Assembly: GCA_963663165.1 (NCBI GenBank)
Contig: OY760175.1
Coordinates: forward strand, 2,368,001-2,432,000
Reading direction: 5' to 3'
Length of the DNA stretch: 64,000 nucleotides
DNA from: an uncultured Desulfospira sp.
GTDB lineage: Bacteria > Desulfobacterota > Desulfobacteria > Desulfobacterales > Desulfobacteraceae
The position numbers and the translations under genes were made by a program. A model generated the notes under the pieces. The model did not search any database and was not told where the DNA came from. It worked only from the letters and a program-made list of their open reading frames with translations. Below, in pieces: positions 62,233 through 64,000 of this stretch. How positions within the stretch are numbered: position 1 is the stretch's first letter; each line of letters starts with the position of its first letter.

Positions 62233-62261
62233 TTGACAACTATGGCTAAGTTAGCTAAGCT
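62233..62261 (+). promoter_or_regulatory. Sigma70 promoter with internal palindromic operator for the TA operon
   Basis: TTGACA-17 bp-TAAGCT; TGGCTAA-G-TTAGCTA in the spacer region. Confidence 0.6.
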
Positions 62262-62291
62262 ATAATCCTTATATTTTGAAAGGAATTCAAA

Positions 62292-62519
62292 ATGGAAATT
62301 GTCAGCGTATTTGAGGCAAAAAACAAGCTTTCCCAATTGCTGTCCAATGTTGAAAAGCTGGATGCCTCTTACCTTATATGCCGGAATGGGACACCGGTGG
62401 CTAAAATTGTAGCCCATAAAGCCAAAAACCGGTTAACAGGGTCGTCTGATCTGAAAGTCACGGTAAACGGCCCGTTATTTGATGATGATATGAGTCAGGA
62501 TTTTGAATGTCTTCAATAA
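62292..62519 (+). CDS. Phd/YefM-family antitoxin
   Basis: VSVFEAKNKLSQLL...ICRNGTPVAKIV. Confidence 0.9.
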   Translation: MEIVSVFEAKNKLSQLLSNVEKLDASYLICRNGTPVAKIVAHKAKNRLTGSSDLKVTVNGPLFDDDMSQDFECLQ

Positions 62520-62893
62520 TGCTTGACACCTGCGGTCTGATCTGGCTGGTGAACGGCGGGGGCCGGATTTCAGAGCCGACCTTAAAAATCATTCAAGATG
62601 CTGACCTGGTATACGTCAGTGCCGCAACGGCCCTTGAAATCGGGTGCAAAGCAGCCCTTGAAAAACTTGAATTGCCGATGGCGGCTGGTGCCTGGTACGA
62701 AAAGGCCCTTGAAATTCACGATTTGGTCGAAATTCCGGTAACCGGAAAAATTGCCATGCTTTCAGCTGACCTGCCTTTCATCCACAAAGATCCTGCGGAC
62801 AGGATAATCATTGCCACAGCAAAGCTGAACCATCTGCCGGTGGTTACCCATGACAGCCGGTTTGAGCAATACTCTGTTTGTGTACTCAGATAA
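62507..62893 (+). CDS. vapC: VapC-family PIN toxin
   Basis: MLDTCGLIW, YVSAATALEI, HKDPADRIIIATA, VVTHD. Confidence 0.88.
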   Translation: MSSIMLDTCGLIWLVNGGGRISEPTLKIIQDADLVYVSAATALEIGCKAALEKLELPMAAGAWYEKALEIHDLVEIPVTGKIAMLSADLPFIHKDPADRIIIATAKLNHLPVVTHDSRFEQYSVCVLR

Positions 62894-62933
62894 CTTAACA
62901 CAGATGTTTCGGGACAGTTTTTAAGGAGCCTCA

Positions 62934-63680
62934 ATGAACTCAGATACTCAAATCCCTACATGTGAAGTTGCCTTAGTAACCGGTGCCGGCCGGGGTATCG
63001 GCCGGGCCATTGCCATAGGACTTGCCCAAACGGGCCGGTTTGTTTACATCAATTTCAAGTCCAATGCCAAAGAAGCCCAAAATACCCTTGATATGGTCCG
63101 GCAGGCCGGGGGGGACGGCAGCCTGATTCCCTTTGATGTCACCGATGAAAAAGCCACAGCCGCCGCCTTGAAAACCATTTACAAGGACAAGGGCTTTATT
63201 GATATCCTGGTCAACAATGCCGGGATCCGGGAGGATACCCTCATGGCCTGGATGAAATTTGAAAACTGGCAGCAGGTTCTGGATACCAACCTGACCGGAT
63301 TTTTCAATGTCACCAAGCCCGTGGTCAAAAAAATGGTGTCCAGACAAAAGGGAAGAATTATCAATATGGCATCGACTTCCGGCCAGACCGGCCAGTCCGG
63401 CCAGGTCAACTATTCGGCATCCAAGGCCGGTCTCATCGGGGCCACCAAAGCCCTGGCCAGGGAAATTGCCACACGGCAGATCACGGTCAACGCCGTGGCC
63501 CCGGGATTTATTGGAACAGACATGGTGGACGGAATTTCCCGGGAAAAGGCCATTGAGACCATTCCCATGGGCCGGTTAGGACTTCCTGAAGAGGTCGCCG
63601 CCACAGTTGTTTTTCTTTGTTCGCCCCTTGCCGGCTATATCACCGGCCAGGTCATCGGCATCAACGGCGGAATCTGTTAG
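62934..63680 (+). CDS. fabG: 3-oxoacyl-ACP reductase
   Basis: TGAGRGIG, NNAGI, GQVNYSASKAG, VNAVAPGFI. Confidence 0.88.
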   Translation: MNSDTQIPTCEVALVTGAGRGIGRAIAIGLAQTGRFVYINFKSNAKEAQNTLDMVRQAGGDGSLIPFDVTDEKATAAALKTIYKDKGFIDILVNNAGIREDTLMAWMKFENWQQVLDTNLTGFFNVTKPVVKKMVSRQKGRIINMASTSGQTGQSGQVNYSASKAGLIGATKALAREIATRQITVNAVAPGFIGTDMVDGISREKAIETIPMGRLGLPEEVAATVVFLCSPLAGYITGQVIGINGGIC

Positions 63681-63724
63681 CACCTCAGACCCATCGCAAA
63701 TTTCCGGTCTCCGGTTTCCCGTTT

Positions 63725-64000
63725 TCATGCCTCCTGGCACCAAGTCCCGACCCGGGCGGAAAACACCAGGTCCTCATCAAAAAAGGAAAAATACCCCCAG
63801 CTGCCGACCTGGTCTTTTAAGTTGTAGCACAGGTGTTCCAGATGAAAGGCCGGGGCCCCTTCCCTGGTGTTGAAATATTCAGCCTCTTCTTTATCCATGG
63901 CCGCCACCTTAAGGGTAAATATGCCCCGTTTAATGTTGCCTTTCGCGGCTGAAAAATCTTCGCTGCCCAGACATTCCAGAAAAGCCCGTAGAGATCTGGC
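63725..64000 (-). CDS. C-terminal part of a probable GntR/HutC-family UTRA-domain regulator
   Basis: Frame open from the window edge: ...IKRGIFTLKVAAMDKEEAEYF...GAPAFHLEHLCY...SWGYF; UTRA resemblance from memory. Confidence 0.5.
   Translation of the reverse strand, partial: ARSLRAFLECLGSEDFSAAKGNIKRGIFTLKVAAMDKEEAEYFNTREGAPAFHLEHLCYNLKDQVGSWGYFSFFDEDLVFSARVGTWCQEA

Overview
Bacterial chromosomal window; gene content and repeat style suggest a sulfate-reducing Desulfobacteraceae-like deltaproteobacterium (inference). Housekeeping flanks: on the left lptF, thiN, a HesB/IscA gene read through an in-frame TGA with a SECIS-like hairpin, a U32-family gene, galE and an ATP-grasp gene; on the right a slyB-like gene, typA, EamA, GntR, a ygiQ-type radical SAM gene, a Phd/VapC TA pair and fabG. 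They enclose a ~40 kb accessory region (about 12.4-55.5 kb) with three TonB-dependent receptors, three PchR/YbtA-like AraC regulators, two YbtPQ/IrtAB-like ABC pairs, an ECF transporter, two methyltransferases, an esterase and an MMPL/LolA-like module, but no siderophore synthetase. A ~9 kb insert within it carries an Ig-repeat surface protein, a secreted-protein gene split by an ISAzo13-type IS, two TA modules and a PAS-LuxR regulator. The most unusual signals are non-coding: (1) a 309-bp MITE with perfect 18-bp TIRs and a 10-bp TSD hosts a group II intron whose candidate EBS1/EBS2 match the MITE's internal repeat; (2) a second, truncated copy of that MITE hosts a member of a modular ~90-110-bp two-hairpin repeat family with five copies; (3) two ~90-107-bp duplications of gene 3' regions bracket inserted DNA; (4) a shared GTTAG-N6-CTAAT palindrome lies in island promoters; (5) inverted heptamer tracts lie in several intergenic regions. 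All calls are by eye and no database searches were run.
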